Source: an uncultured Gemmatimonadaceae bacterium (GTDB lineage: Bacteria; Gemmatimonadota; Gemmatimonadetes; Gemmatimonadales; Gemmatimonadaceae). Taken from it: 64,000 nucleotides of DNA. The stretch is taken from assembly GCA_963817955.1 (NCBI GenBank), contig CAWFQK010000004.1:576001-640000 (forward strand), written 5' to 3'. Every line of letters begins with the position of its first letter. Positions within the stretch are counted from its first letter, which is position 1. The notes under the pieces were generated by a model. It ran no database searches and was not told the origin of the DNA. It worked only from the letters and a program-made list of their open reading frames with translations. Shown one piece after another: positions 18,448-27,686 of the stretch. Made by a program: the position numbers and the translations under genes.

Positions 18448-19814
18448 CGTGTCAACCTGGCGAGCAGTTCCGGGCCACACTTCGTGATGTCGCCCGCGCC
18501 GATCGTCAACACCACATCACCGGCACGCAGGAAGTCGGCGAGGGCACCGGCCAATGCCGCGCAGTCACCCCGCCACACGAGCGTCCCCCCGGCGCGAGCG
18601 AGTGCGTCAGCGACGAGCGTCGACGTCACGCCGGCGATTGGCTGTTCGCGCGCCGGGTAGATCTCTGTGAGAAACACGGCATCGGCAATGGCCAATGACG
18701 CACCGAACTCGCGCGCGAAATCCCGGGTGCGGGTGAAGAGGTGGGGCTGGAACGCAGCCACCAGACGCCGATCGGGGTACGCGATGCGCGCCGTTGCCAG
18801 CGCGGCGGCAACCTTGGCTGGATTATGGGCGTAGTCGTCCACGACGACGATATCCCGCGCTTCGCCGATCACCTGGAATCGGCGTTCAACGCCAGCGTAG
18901 GACGCCAGACCAGCGGCCATGTCCACAACATTGGCGCCGAGGACCAGTCCCGTGGCGATGGCAGCGAGGGCGTTGAGAACATTGTGACGCCCGGGAATAT
19001 TCAGCTCGACGGCGCCGAGGTCTTCGTCATCGAAGCGCACGCGAAAGTTGCCCCCCCCACGCTGCAATACAAGATCACATGCACGGACGCGCGCGTCAGG
19101 CGAATCAATGCCATACCGCACCACCTCGGTGCTGCTCGGCGTCGGCAGCGCATTCGACCCGGCGTCGTCGGCGCAGAGCACGATGTGGCGTGCGCCACGA
19201 ACGAACTGCGTGAACGCGCGTTTGATGTCGGCGAGATCGGCGTAGATATCGAGGTGATCCGCCTCGACATTGGTGACGACGGCGACCGTCGGCGACAGCG
19301 CGAGGAAGGATCGATCGTATTCGTCCGCCTCGACGACGTAGAGGCGATCGCTGCCATGGAGCAGGTTTCCTTGCCACGTCCCCACGCGGCCGCCAACGAT
19401 GGCGGTCGGATGGCGTCCCGCCGCGGCGAGCGCCGTCGCTGTCATCACGGTCGTCGTGGTCTTGCCGTGGGTGCCAGCGATGCCGACGAGCTCGCGGCCG
19501 GCGGTCACTTCCCCCAGCGCTTCCGCGCGTCGAATGACGGGCACGTTCAATTCGCGCGCGCGAACGAGCTCCGGGTGATCCTTCGGCATGGCCGACGTCA
19601 CGACGAGCGCACGTGCGTGCTCGACGTGCGCGGGATCATGTGTCGTAACGTCGACGCCGAGTCGGCGGAGATCGTCGGCGGATGCGGGATTGGCGTCGCA
19701 TCCGGTGATCGGCACACCGCGTTGGAGAAACAGTTCGGCCAACGCGCTCATCCCGGCGCCGGCAATACCTACGAAGTGGATTGGGCGAGGATCGGATGAG
19801 TCAACGAGTGCCAT
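18444..19814 (-). CDS. murC: UDP-N-acetylmuramate--L-alanine ligase
   Basis: HFVGIAGAGMSALA, GTHGKTTTT, EADEYDRSF, DDYAHNP and FQPH. Confidence 0.96.
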   Translation of the reverse strand: MALVDSSDPRPIHFVGIAGAGMSALAELFLQRGVPITGCDANPASADDLRRLGVDVTTHDPAHVEHARALVVTSAMPKDHPELVRARELNVPVIRRAEALGEVTAGRELVGIAGTHGKTTTTVMTATALAAAGRHPTAIVGGRVGTWQGNLLHGSDRLYVVEADEYDRSFLALSPTVAVVTNVEADHLDIYADLADIKRAFTQFVRGARHIVLCADDAGSNALPTPSSTEVVRYGIDSPDARVRACDLVLQRGGGNFRVRFDDEDLGAVELNIPGRHNVLNALAAIATGLVLGANVVDMAAGLASYAGVERRFQVIGEARDIVVVDDYAHNPAKVAAALATARIAYPDRRLVAAFQPHLFTRTRDFAREFGASLAIADAVFLTEIYPAREQPIAGVTSTLVADALARAGGTLVWRGDCAALAGALADFLRAGDVVLTIGAGDITKCGPELLARLTR

Positions 19815-19899
19815 ACGGGGAAGATAGTTGGAACGGCGGAGCGGTGCGGCTCATCGCGCAGAACTCATAACGGGAATGTGGATCGCGTTTGGCACGGCT

Positions 19900-21012
19900 C
19901 TACCGTTCCACGGCTCTCCCGTCAACAAGGTCCAGTATCCGCGCTGCGATCTCGTCCGCCGCATGCGGCCGGGCCCGCGCGTCGGCACCGGCGGCGAGGC
20001 GAGCCAGTTCGGCGGGCGTTTCGAGGAGCCGGCGGACGGTTCCGTCCAAGCGTTCGACGGTGAACTGCGTCTGCGGAATGTGAATCGCCGCACCGGCCCG
20101 CTCGAGCGTGACGGCGTTCGTCGTCTGGTGATCTGCCGCGGCGGTCGGGAGGGGTATGAGAATGCCAGGGATTCCCCAAGCGAACAGCTCGGCCGTCGTC
20201 ATCGCGCCGGCGCGGGAAACGGCGAGGTCTGCCGCCGCGTACGCGTCGCCGATCGGGGCGAGATAGTCCCGCACGCGCACCTGCGGGCTCTCGCAGCGAG
20301 TGAACTCGGCATGCGTGCCGCGACCGGTGCCCCAAATGACGTACAGGTTGTCGGGTAGGCCCTGGGCCACCCACTCCGCAACGACCCGATTGATCGCCAG
20401 GGATCCCTGGCTGCCTCCGTACACGAGCAGCACGTGCCCGCCCGAGCGCGGAAACCCCCACCGCTCGCGCGCAGCCGCGTGATCGGGACGGACGGCGGGT
20501 GGCGCCTCGATCGGCGCGCCCGTGTCGATGAGTGAACCCTCATGGTGCGCGCGTAGCGCGCCGGCGGCTTCGGGAAAGTTCAGGTAGATCTCTCGCGACC
20601 AGCGACTGAACGCCCGCGCCGTGAGTCCAGGCAGGCTATCCCCCACTTGTTGCACGATGGGAAGACGATGGACGACACTGTACGCGAGCATGAGACCCGC
20701 GGCGTAGCCGCCGGTGCCCACCACGACCGCCGGCGGCTCGGCATCGATCAGTCGGCCGATGTGTCGCCAGGCGCCGACGGCGCCGGCGATCGTCTTCGCA
20801 TTCTTCCAGACCGCCGTGCGATACAGCGGATGCAGGTCGAGCAGCGCGTGCGGGAATTCCGTTTTTGGCAATACCTCACGCTCGATACCGCGCTGCGCGC
20901 CCACGAAGAACGGCGTCACGCTCGGACGAGCGCGCACGAGCGCGCGCGCAATGGCGATCCCTGGGTAGAGGTGGCCGCCAGTGCCTCCCCCTGCGAAGAT
21001 GATGCGCGTCAT
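19900..21012 (-). CDS. murG: Lipid II GlcNAc transferase MurG
   Basis: GGGTGGHLYPG, GTGGY, GGSQGS, SRAGA and DHQTTNA. Confidence 0.96.
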   Translation of the reverse strand: MTRIIFAGGGTGGHLYPGIAIARALVRARPSVTPFFVGAQRGIEREVLPKTEFPHALLDLHPLYRTAVWKNAKTIAGAVGAWRHIGRLIDAEPPAVVVGTGGYAAGLMLAYSVVHRLPIVQQVGDSLPGLTARAFSRWSREIYLNFPEAAGALRAHHEGSLIDTGAPIEAPPAVRPDHAAARERWGFPRSGGHVLLVYGGSQGSLAINRVVAEWVAQGLPDNLYVIWGTGRGTHAEFTRCESPQVRVRDYLAPIGDAYAAADLAVSRAGAMTTAELFAWGIPGILIPLPTAAADHQTTNAVTLERAGAAIHIPQTQFTVERLDGTVRRLLETPAELARLAAGADARARPHAADEIAARILDLVDGRAVER

Positions 21013-21031
21013 GGGACCATCGGCTGCATCG

Positions 21032-22243
21032 TCACCCGGTGGAGACGGCCAACGGATCAGTCGCTTTGCTGCCGATCACTCGCTCCTTCATGCTGCCGAT
21101 GTTCACGAGAATCCCGGTGAAGAGCATGGTCAGCACGAGGTTCGAGCGGCCGTATGATACGAATGGCAACGTGAGGCCGGTGGTCGGGAGCAGACCAATC
21201 ACGACGCCAATGTGCAGAAAGGCCGTCAATACGGTCGTGAACGTCAGCCCCACCGCCACGAGTTGCAGAAACGGGGTCCGCGCCTGGCGGGCGATACGAA
21301 AACCGAACAACGCGTACATCGCGAAGGCGACGGTGATTCCAACGATGCCGATGAACCCCCACTCCTCGCCCACATTACTCGCCACGAAATCGCTGTACGG
21401 AAAGGGGACGAACATCGCCTGTTGCATCCCTTCCCCGAAGCCGCGTCCCACGAGCCGGCCAGATCCAACGGCGATGAGCGATTGCTGAAGCTGGAAACTC
21501 ACGGCCTCGGGTGCGTTACCCGGGTGCATGAACGCCGTGATGCGCGACAAGGCGTAGCGCCATTTCTCGATCTTCGTCAGCGCCACGGGCAGGCACATCG
21601 CGCCGAGGGCAATGAAGTGGCTCATCCGCGCGCCGCCCACGAAGAGCAGCAGGGCCATGAGCAACGTGAAGAGCATGGCGACCGACAGATCCGGTTCGAG
21701 CGCGGCGAGCAGATCGAGGAGACCGATGATCACGAGAAATGGTACGAGCCCTTTCGTCAGACGCCGCAGGCTGTCGCCCTTCTTCACGACGAGCATCGAA
21801 ACCCAGACGACCACGGTCAGCTTTCCGAACTCCGATGGCTGAAAGGACGCGCCCACCAGAAAGCGACGCGAGCCGTGGATCGTCGGCGCAATCGACGCCG
21901 GCAGCACGAGCACGGCCACCATGGTCGCAACGGTAAACCAGAGAATGGGCCATGCCCACGCGTGCAAACGCTCGGCGTCGAATTTGGCGGCGATCGCGAA
22001 CACGACCACGCCCCCGCAGACGCCGCCAATCTGCTTGGTGAGGAAATACGTGCTCGACCCATGCTCGTTGATCGCGACGAAGGCGCTGGCGCTGTACAGG
22101 ACCGCCAGCCCGAACGCCGTCAGGACGGCGCTGATGAGCACGAGACCGCGCGCCTCCGGTCCCATCCGCCACCGCTCACGTATGTCGGCGACGGACGCCG
22201 CCGCAGCCCGATTCCGTTCCTTGCGTCTTGGGCCTTCCATCAC
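21032..22243 (-). CDS. ftsW: SEDS-family peptidoglycan polymerase FtsW
   Basis: Multi-TM protein with FQPSEFGK, EPD, SDF...GEEWG and PTTGLTLPFVSYG. Confidence 0.94.
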   Translation of the reverse strand: MMEGPRRKERNRAAAASVADIRERWRMGPEARGLVLISAVLTAFGLAVLYSASAFVAINEHGSSTYFLTKQIGGVCGGVVVFAIAAKFDAERLHAWAWPILWFTVATMVAVLVLPASIAPTIHGSRRFLVGASFQPSEFGKLTVVVWVSMLVVKKGDSLRRLTKGLVPFLVIIGLLDLLAALEPDLSVAMLFTLLMALLLFVGGARMSHFIALGAMCLPVALTKIEKWRYALSRITAFMHPGNAPEAVSFQLQQSLIAVGSGRLVGRGFGEGMQQAMFVPFPYSDFVASNVGEEWGFIGIVGITVAFAMYALFGFRIARQARTPFLQLVAVGLTFTTVLTAFLHIGVVIGLLPTTGLTLPFVSYGRSNLVLTMLFTGILVNIGSMKERVIGSKATDPLAVSTG

Positions 22244-23643
22244 CCCCGCTCTGCCGAAGCGCCGGCGGCAAGGTGCTTGAACACCGTTCCCCGCTGCTCA
22301 TAGTTGTCGAACATGTCGTAGCTCGAGCAGGCCGGAGACAACAGCACCACATCGCCCCGCTGCGCCAGCCGCCGCGCCGTCGCGACCACCTCGTCGAACG
22401 ACGATCCCACGCGCGTCAACGGCACGGCACCGGCCAGATCTTTTTCGACCAGAGGCGCCGCCTCGCCGTACGCGATCACCGCGCGAGCCGTCCGCTTGAG
22501 CTCGGGAATGAGACCGGTGTACGGCTCGCCCTTGTGCTTGCCACCCAGGAGCAGCACGGTGGGGTTGGCCATGCCGCGCATGGCGACCAGGGTGGACGCG
22601 ACGTTGGTCGATTTGGAATCGTTGATCCAGGTGACGCCATCAAACTTCCCCACGGTCTCGATCCGGTGCTCGAGCGCGTTGAAGCTCTTGAGCCCTCGAG
22701 CGATCGCGGACATCGAGGTCGCGCTGCGATGCGCTTGATCGGCGACCATGACCGCGAGTGACGCCGCGAGCGCGTTGGCCACGTTGTGGTCACCGAGCAG
22801 GGAAAACTCGCCGCGGTGAATGAGTGGGTACCCCAGCACGACGAGCATGCCCGACGTGCGGTCATAGTACGCATCGCTTCGACGCTCGACCGAAAAGCGG
22901 CCCTGCATGCCTGGCACGTCCTCAGTCATCGACTGCACATCGGCATCGTCGGCATTCGTCACCCAGTGCGACGCCGGCGTCGCGTTTCGAAACATCATCG
23001 CCTTGTCGGCAAAATACCCGGCAACGCTGTCGTACCGGTCGAGATGATTCGCGGCGAGATTCGTCAGTACGCCGACGCGCGGGTTGATGCTCGGCGTGTC
23101 GTGGAGTTGGAACGACGAAACCTCGAGCGCCACCCATTCGGGGGGGGTCTGCGACAGAGCAAGCTCAGTGAGTGGCGTACCGATATTGCCCGCCGCTTGC
23201 GCCCGACGCCCGAGCGCCTTGAGCAGGTGTCCCGTCAACGCCGTGGTCGTGGTCTTTCCGTTCGTGCCGGTGATGGCGATGTACTCGAGGTTCGGCAAGA
23301 ACCGGAGCCCCATCTCGATCTCGCTGACGATGGCAATGCCCGCCTGGCGAGCCGCGACGAACGGCGGCGCGGTGGGCGGCACACCAGGGCTGGCGACGAC
23401 GAGCGACGCTCGGGCGATGCGTTCCAGGTCGTGCCCTCCGAGCTGGACGTCGATCTGGTCACGATGGAGCTCCAGCGCGCTCGCCTCCAGCGCCGGCGAC
23501 CGGCTGGCATCAGATGCGTAGACATTCGCTCCCGCCTGAGCGAGCAAATGGGCGGCCGCGCGGCCGCTGCGCGCCAGCCCCACGACGGCGATCTCGCCGC
23601 GCAACCACTCCGGTCGCATTGCCGGATCCGCATTTCGTTCCAT
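22240..23643 (-). CDS. murD: UDP-MurNAc-L-Ala--D-Glu ligase
   Basis: GLARSG, GTNGKTTTT, EVSSFQL, NDSKSTN and SPACSSYDMF. Confidence 0.96.
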   Translation of the reverse strand: MERNADPAMRPEWLRGEIAVVGLARSGRAAAHLLAQAGANVYASDASRSPALEASALELHRDQIDVQLGGHDLERIARASLVVASPGVPPTAPPFVAARQAGIAIVSEIEMGLRFLPNLEYIAITGTNGKTTTTALTGHLLKALGRRAQAAGNIGTPLTELALSQTPPEWVALEVSSFQLHDTPSINPRVGVLTNLAANHLDRYDSVAGYFADKAMMFRNATPASHWVTNADDADVQSMTEDVPGMQGRFSVERRSDAYYDRTSGMLVVLGYPLIHRGEFSLLGDHNVANALAASLAVMVADQAHRSATSMSAIARGLKSFNALEHRIETVGKFDGVTWINDSKSTNVASTLVAMRGMANPTVLLLGGKHKGEPYTGLIPELKRTARAVIAYGEAAPLVEKDLAGAVPLTRVGSSFDEVVATARRLAQRGDVVLLSPACSSYDMFDNYEQRGTVFKHLAAGASAERG

Positions 23644-23648
23644 GGCGC

Positions 23649-24797
23649 TCAGCGAAGCTTGAGGGTGCTCAGCGCAAAGAAAGCGCAGAGAATGCCGATG
23701 ATCCAGAATCGAACGACAACCTGCGTTTCCTGCCAGCCCAACTCCTCGAAATGATGATGCATGGGCGCTCGCCGAAAGACGCGATGTCCCTGCGCGTACG
23801 CCAAGCCGTACCGCCGGCGACGATACTTGAACACGAAACGCTGCAAGATCACCGATACCATCTCAGCGACAAACACCGCGCCGACGAAGGCGAGCACGAA
23901 TTCGGATTTGAGCAGAATCGCCACCGCGCCGAGCGCACCGCCCAGCGCCAACGAACCGGTGTCCCCCATGAATACATCCGCCGGATGCGTATTGTACCAG
24001 AGGAATCCGATCAACGCACCGACCATCGCCAGACAGAACACGGTGAGCTCGCCCGACCCCTCGAGGTAGAACACGTTCAGATACCGGCTGATGTCCACCC
24101 GGCCAATGATGTACGAAAAGATGGCGAACGTGCCGAAGGCGATCGCCGACAAACCAGCCGCCAGGCCGTCGAGGCCGTCGGTGATGTTCACGGCGTTACT
24201 GGTGCCCGTCAATATGAATGTCGTGAACAATACGTACAGCCAGGCGAAGCCTGCCAGCGGCGTCACGAGGTAGTACTTGAAGAACGGCAGCGTGGTGGAC
24301 GCGCCTGGCAGGTCGGGCGCCAGAGGGTAGTGCCAGAGATACCAACCGAGCGCCAGTCCAGCCGTCACCTGACCCATCAGCTTGTACCGTTCGACGAGGC
24401 CGCGATTCTTCTCGCCGCGTCGTTTCTGCCGCAGCTTGAGATAATCGTCAAGCAACCCGATCACACCCATCCAGAGGGTGAGAAATATGGCAATGAGGAG
24501 ATAGGGCCTCGACAGGCTGAAACGTCCCCACAGCAGGATCGACAGGATCGCGCTGTTGAGAATGATCAGGCCGCCCATTGTTGGCGTCTTGCCTTTGCCG
24601 GCGTGCGAATCCGGCGTGCCTTCGCGCACCCCCTGCTCCACCGACTGGCGTTTCAGCGCGCGCAGAATGATCGGACCACCAATGAACGACAACAGCAAGG
24701 CTGTCACGGCCGCGCCAACGGCGCGGAACGAGATGTACGTGAAGACGTTGAGGATCTTGAAGTGCTTCGCCAGTGGAAGCAAGAAGTGATAGAGCAA
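23649..24797 (-). CDS. mraY: Phospho-N-acetylmuramoyl-pentapeptide transferase
   Basis: TPTMGG, DDYLK, NAVNITDGLDGL, FMGDTGS and APMHHHFE. TTG start. Confidence 0.97.
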   Translation of the reverse strand: MLYHFLLPLAKHFKILNVFTYISFRAVGAAVTALLLSFIGGPIILRALKRQSVEQGVREGTPDSHAGKGKTPTMGGLIILNSAILSILLWGRFSLSRPYLLIAIFLTLWMGVIGLLDDYLKLRQKRRGEKNRGLVERYKLMGQVTAGLALGWYLWHYPLAPDLPGASTTLPFFKYYLVTPLAGFAWLYVLFTTFILTGTSNAVNITDGLDGLAAGLSAIAFGTFAIFSYIIGRVDISRYLNVFYLEGSGELTVFCLAMVGALIGFLWYNTHPADVFMGDTGSLALGGALGAVAILLKSEFVLAFVGAVFVAEMVSVILQRFVFKYRRRRYGLAYAQGHRVFRRAPMHHHFEELGWQETQVVVRFWIIGILCAFFALSTLKLR

Positions 24798-24807
24798 CAG
24801 GCTTGGA

Positions 24808-26205
24808 TTAGGGGGTGTGAGAGCGTGCAGCCCAGCTTACGATCGGCTCGACCAGCCGTTCGAGGCGCATGCCGCGAGAGCCTTTGAGGAGAATAACGGC
24901 GTCCGGCGCCAGTCGCGATGCGAGCGACGACCAGAGTTCGGTGACGTCACTCGCCGTGATGACGCGCGAATCGTGAGGCGCGATACGCCGGAGTGCCAAC
25001 GCGAACTCTCCGATGCCGGCCACAATCTCGATGCCGGCGTCGAGCGCCTCGCGCACCACTTCATCGTGCAGCCGCGGCGTCTCGGGACCAAGCTCGAGCA
25101 TCGTGGCGAGAACCGCCACGCGCTGGCGCCCGGTACCAGCGTGTTGCAGCAATTCGATCGCCGCGCGTGCTGAACCAGGATTCGAATTATAGGCGTCGTT
25201 GATCAACGTCGCCGTCCCATGCTGCACCCAATTCACGCGCATGGGAGGCGCCACGATGCCAGCAATGCCGCGACCCGCGTCAGCGATCGAGACGCCGAGC
25301 TCGCGCGCCACCGCCAAGGCCAGGATTGCGTTCCGCAGGTTGTGCACGCCGCGCAGCGGCACGTCGATCGTGACGCCCGAGACCGTCAAGGACCCGTGGC
25401 CGTCCGCGTGCAACCGCCACGCGCTGGCGTGATAGTCTCCGGCGTCCAGGCCGGCGGTCACGACGCGCTGACAGCGCGCGCGCGCCGCGTCGACCACCTC
25501 CGGCTGTGATGCCGGAACGACGGCCATGTCCACCCCCTCGACTGCCGCCAATTCCTCGCGCAGCACACCGTCGAGATCACCGAGCCCCTCGAGGTGCTCC
25601 TCGGCGACAGAGGTTACCACGGTCACGGTCGGCTCGACGATGGCACGCAGCCGAGGCACCTCGCCGGGCTGGTTCGTGCCCATCTCGACCACGGCAACGT
25701 CCGCCGCGTCTGGAATCGCAAGCAGCGTCAGCGGCACGCCGATCAGGTTATTCAGATTCCCCGCCGTCGCATGTACCGTGAGCGTGCTCCCGAGCGCCGC
25801 GCGGATCAACTCTTTCGTGCTGGTCTTTCCATTCGTGCCCACGACGCCAACGACTGGCTTGTTCCAGGCGCGGCGCCGGTAGGCGCCCAGCGCACCAAGG
25901 GCGACGAGTGTATCAGGAACTTCATACACGGGCACAGCGAGGTCGTGCGCAGCGCTGGCGCGTGACACGACGACACCGGCAGCGCCCTTCGCAACGGCAT
26001 CCTTCAGAAAATCATGCGCGTCGAAGCGTTCGCCGATGAGCGCAACGAAGAGATCGCCAGCCTCGACGGTGCGTGTGTCGGTCCACACCCGTCCGTACGC
26101 GGCCGAGCGCGGCAGATCGTCCGTCGCGGAAAGCGGAGCCAACGCGTCGGCGACGCGATCGGCGGTCCAGAAGTGCGTCGTGGAAATTGTGGCCGGCATG
26201 CTCAT
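24808..26205 (-). CDS. murF: UDP-MurNAc-tripeptide--D-Ala-D-Ala ligase
   Basis: GERFDAHDF, GKTSTKE, NNLIGVP, EMGTNQPGE, NDAYNSNP and KGSRGMRLE. Confidence 0.95.
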   Translation of the reverse strand: MSMPATISTTHFWTADRVADALAPLSATDDLPRSAAYGRVWTDTRTVEAGDLFVALIGERFDAHDFLKDAVAKGAAGVVVSRASAAHDLAVPVYEVPDTLVALGALGAYRRRAWNKPVVGVVGTNGKTSTKELIRAALGSTLTVHATAGNLNNLIGVPLTLLAIPDAADVAVVEMGTNQPGEVPRLRAIVEPTVTVVTSVAEEHLEGLGDLDGVLREELAAVEGVDMAVVPASQPEVVDAARARCQRVVTAGLDAGDYHASAWRLHADGHGSLTVSGVTIDVPLRGVHNLRNAILALAVARELGVSIADAGRGIAGIVAPPMRVNWVQHGTATLINDAYNSNPGSARAAIELLQHAGTGRQRVAVLATMLELGPETPRLHDEVVREALDAGIEIVAGIGEFALALRRIAPHDSRVITASDVTELWSSLASRLAPDAVILLKGSRGMRLERLVEPIVSWAARSHTP

Positions 26206-27686
26206 CGAGCACTGGAGGTTGCTGTCGCCGTGGACAGCTCGGCGACGATCTGCTTCTCGTCGAAGGGCACTTTCGTGGTGCCGCGGACCTGGTACGTCTC
26301 GTGTCCCTTCCCCGCCAATATGATGACGTCCCGCGGCGACGCCACCTCGAGCGCGCGCGCGATTGCGGCGCGCCGATCTTCCGTGCGCTCGTGGTTGTCC
26401 TTGGTCATTCCGCTCTCGATCTCATCGAGGATATCGTTCGGATCTTCGGTGCGCGGATTGTCACTCGTGACGATCGCCAGGTCCGCTTTGGCTTCGGCGA
26501 TGGCGCCCATGACCGCGCGCTTGCCGCGATCGCGATCGCCTCCGCAGCCAAAAACAACGATCAGGCGCTCCGGGGCAAACGGACGCACGGCGTCGAGCGC
26601 GCGCGCGAGCGCGTCGGGTGTGTGCGCGTAATCGCGCAGAACCGTGGGCGCATCGCGCAGCACCTCGAGGCGGCCCGGCACCTGTGGCATGGATGACAAC
26701 CGCTCACCGATGCGCTCGCGCGGTGCGCCGAGCGCATAGGCGGTTGCCGCCGCACCAAGCGCATTGATCACGTTGAAGTCACCGATCAAGGGGAGACGCA
26801 CGGGCGTACCGGCTCCATCCAGCACCAGTGTCCATTCGCTTCCGCGCGGGCCGTAGCACACGTTCGCGGCATGGGCCTCGGCGGCCGGCACACGTTGGCT
26901 GAAGGCAACGCGACGACGGTCCGTCTTCAGCTCACGCCATGCGGGGTCGTCCAGGTTGAACACGACGGTGCCGTGCGGCAGGAGATAATCGATCAACTTC
27001 GCCTTGGCGGCGAAGTACTGCTCCATTGTTCCGTGATAATCGAGATGGTCGCGTGTGAAGTTCGTGAAGGTCACCACGTCGAACGACATGCCGTCGATGC
27101 GGTGCTGATCGAGCGAATGCGACGACACTTCCACGGCTACGGTCCGTACGCCGGCGTCGTGGAGTGCGCGGAGCACGCGCTGCAGCTCGATGGGACCGGG
27201 CGTCGTGAGGCCGCCACCGCCTTCGAGCGGAATGCCATCACTGCCGATCAGGATCCCGAGCGTGCCGATGGATGCGCTGCGCGCCGCCGCGTCGTCGAGC
27301 AGGTGGCGCAGCATGTTGACCGTCGTCGTCTTGCCATTCGTACCAGTGACGCCAATGAGCTGCAGCTCACGCGCTGGCCAGCCGTAGGCGGCCGCGGCAG
27401 CGACCGCGGCGGCACGGCGGCCGTCGTTCACGACGAGCGATGGGAGCGACGTGCGAGTCGGGTCTTCGACGATTGCTACCGTCGCGCCGGCACTGGCCGC
27501 CGGGCCGAGATAGTCGTGGCCATCGCGCTCGGAACCGCAGACCGCCACGAACAGAAACCCCGTTCGCACGGCCCGGCTATCGTCGGCGATACCGGTGACC
27601 AAGCCAGAAGGCGGCGTGCCCCGCCGCTCGACGAGAAGACCGGCCTCGTCGAGCGCCTGCGCGATCGTAGCGATATCAGCGTGCAT
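26202..27686 (-). CDS. murE: UDP-MurNAc-dipeptide--meso-DAP ligase
   Basis: GTNGKTT, EVSSH, DHLDYH, DYAHTPD, GCGGDRD, DNPR (DAP-type) and GKGHETYQ. Confidence 0.96.
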   Translation of the reverse strand: MHADIATIAQALDEAGLLVERRGTPPSGLVTGIADDSRAVRTGFLFVAVCGSERDGHDYLGPAASAGATVAIVEDPTRTSLPSLVVNDGRRAAAVAAAAAYGWPARELQLIGVTGTNGKTTTVNMLRHLLDDAAARSASIGTLGILIGSDGIPLEGGGGLTTPGPIELQRVLRALHDAGVRTVAVEVSSHSLDQHRIDGMSFDVVTFTNFTRDHLDYHGTMEQYFAAKAKLIDYLLPHGTVVFNLDDPAWRELKTDRRRVAFSQRVPAAEAHAANVCYGPRGSEWTLVLDGAGTPVRLPLIGDFNVINALGAAATAYALGAPRERIGERLSSMPQVPGRLEVLRDAPTVLRDYAHTPDALARALDAVRPFAPERLIVVFGCGGDRDRGKRAVMGAIAEAKADLAIVTSDNPRTEDPNDILDEIESGMTKDNHERTEDRRAAIARALEVASPRDVIILAGKGHETYQVRGTTKVPFDEKQIVAELSTATATSSAR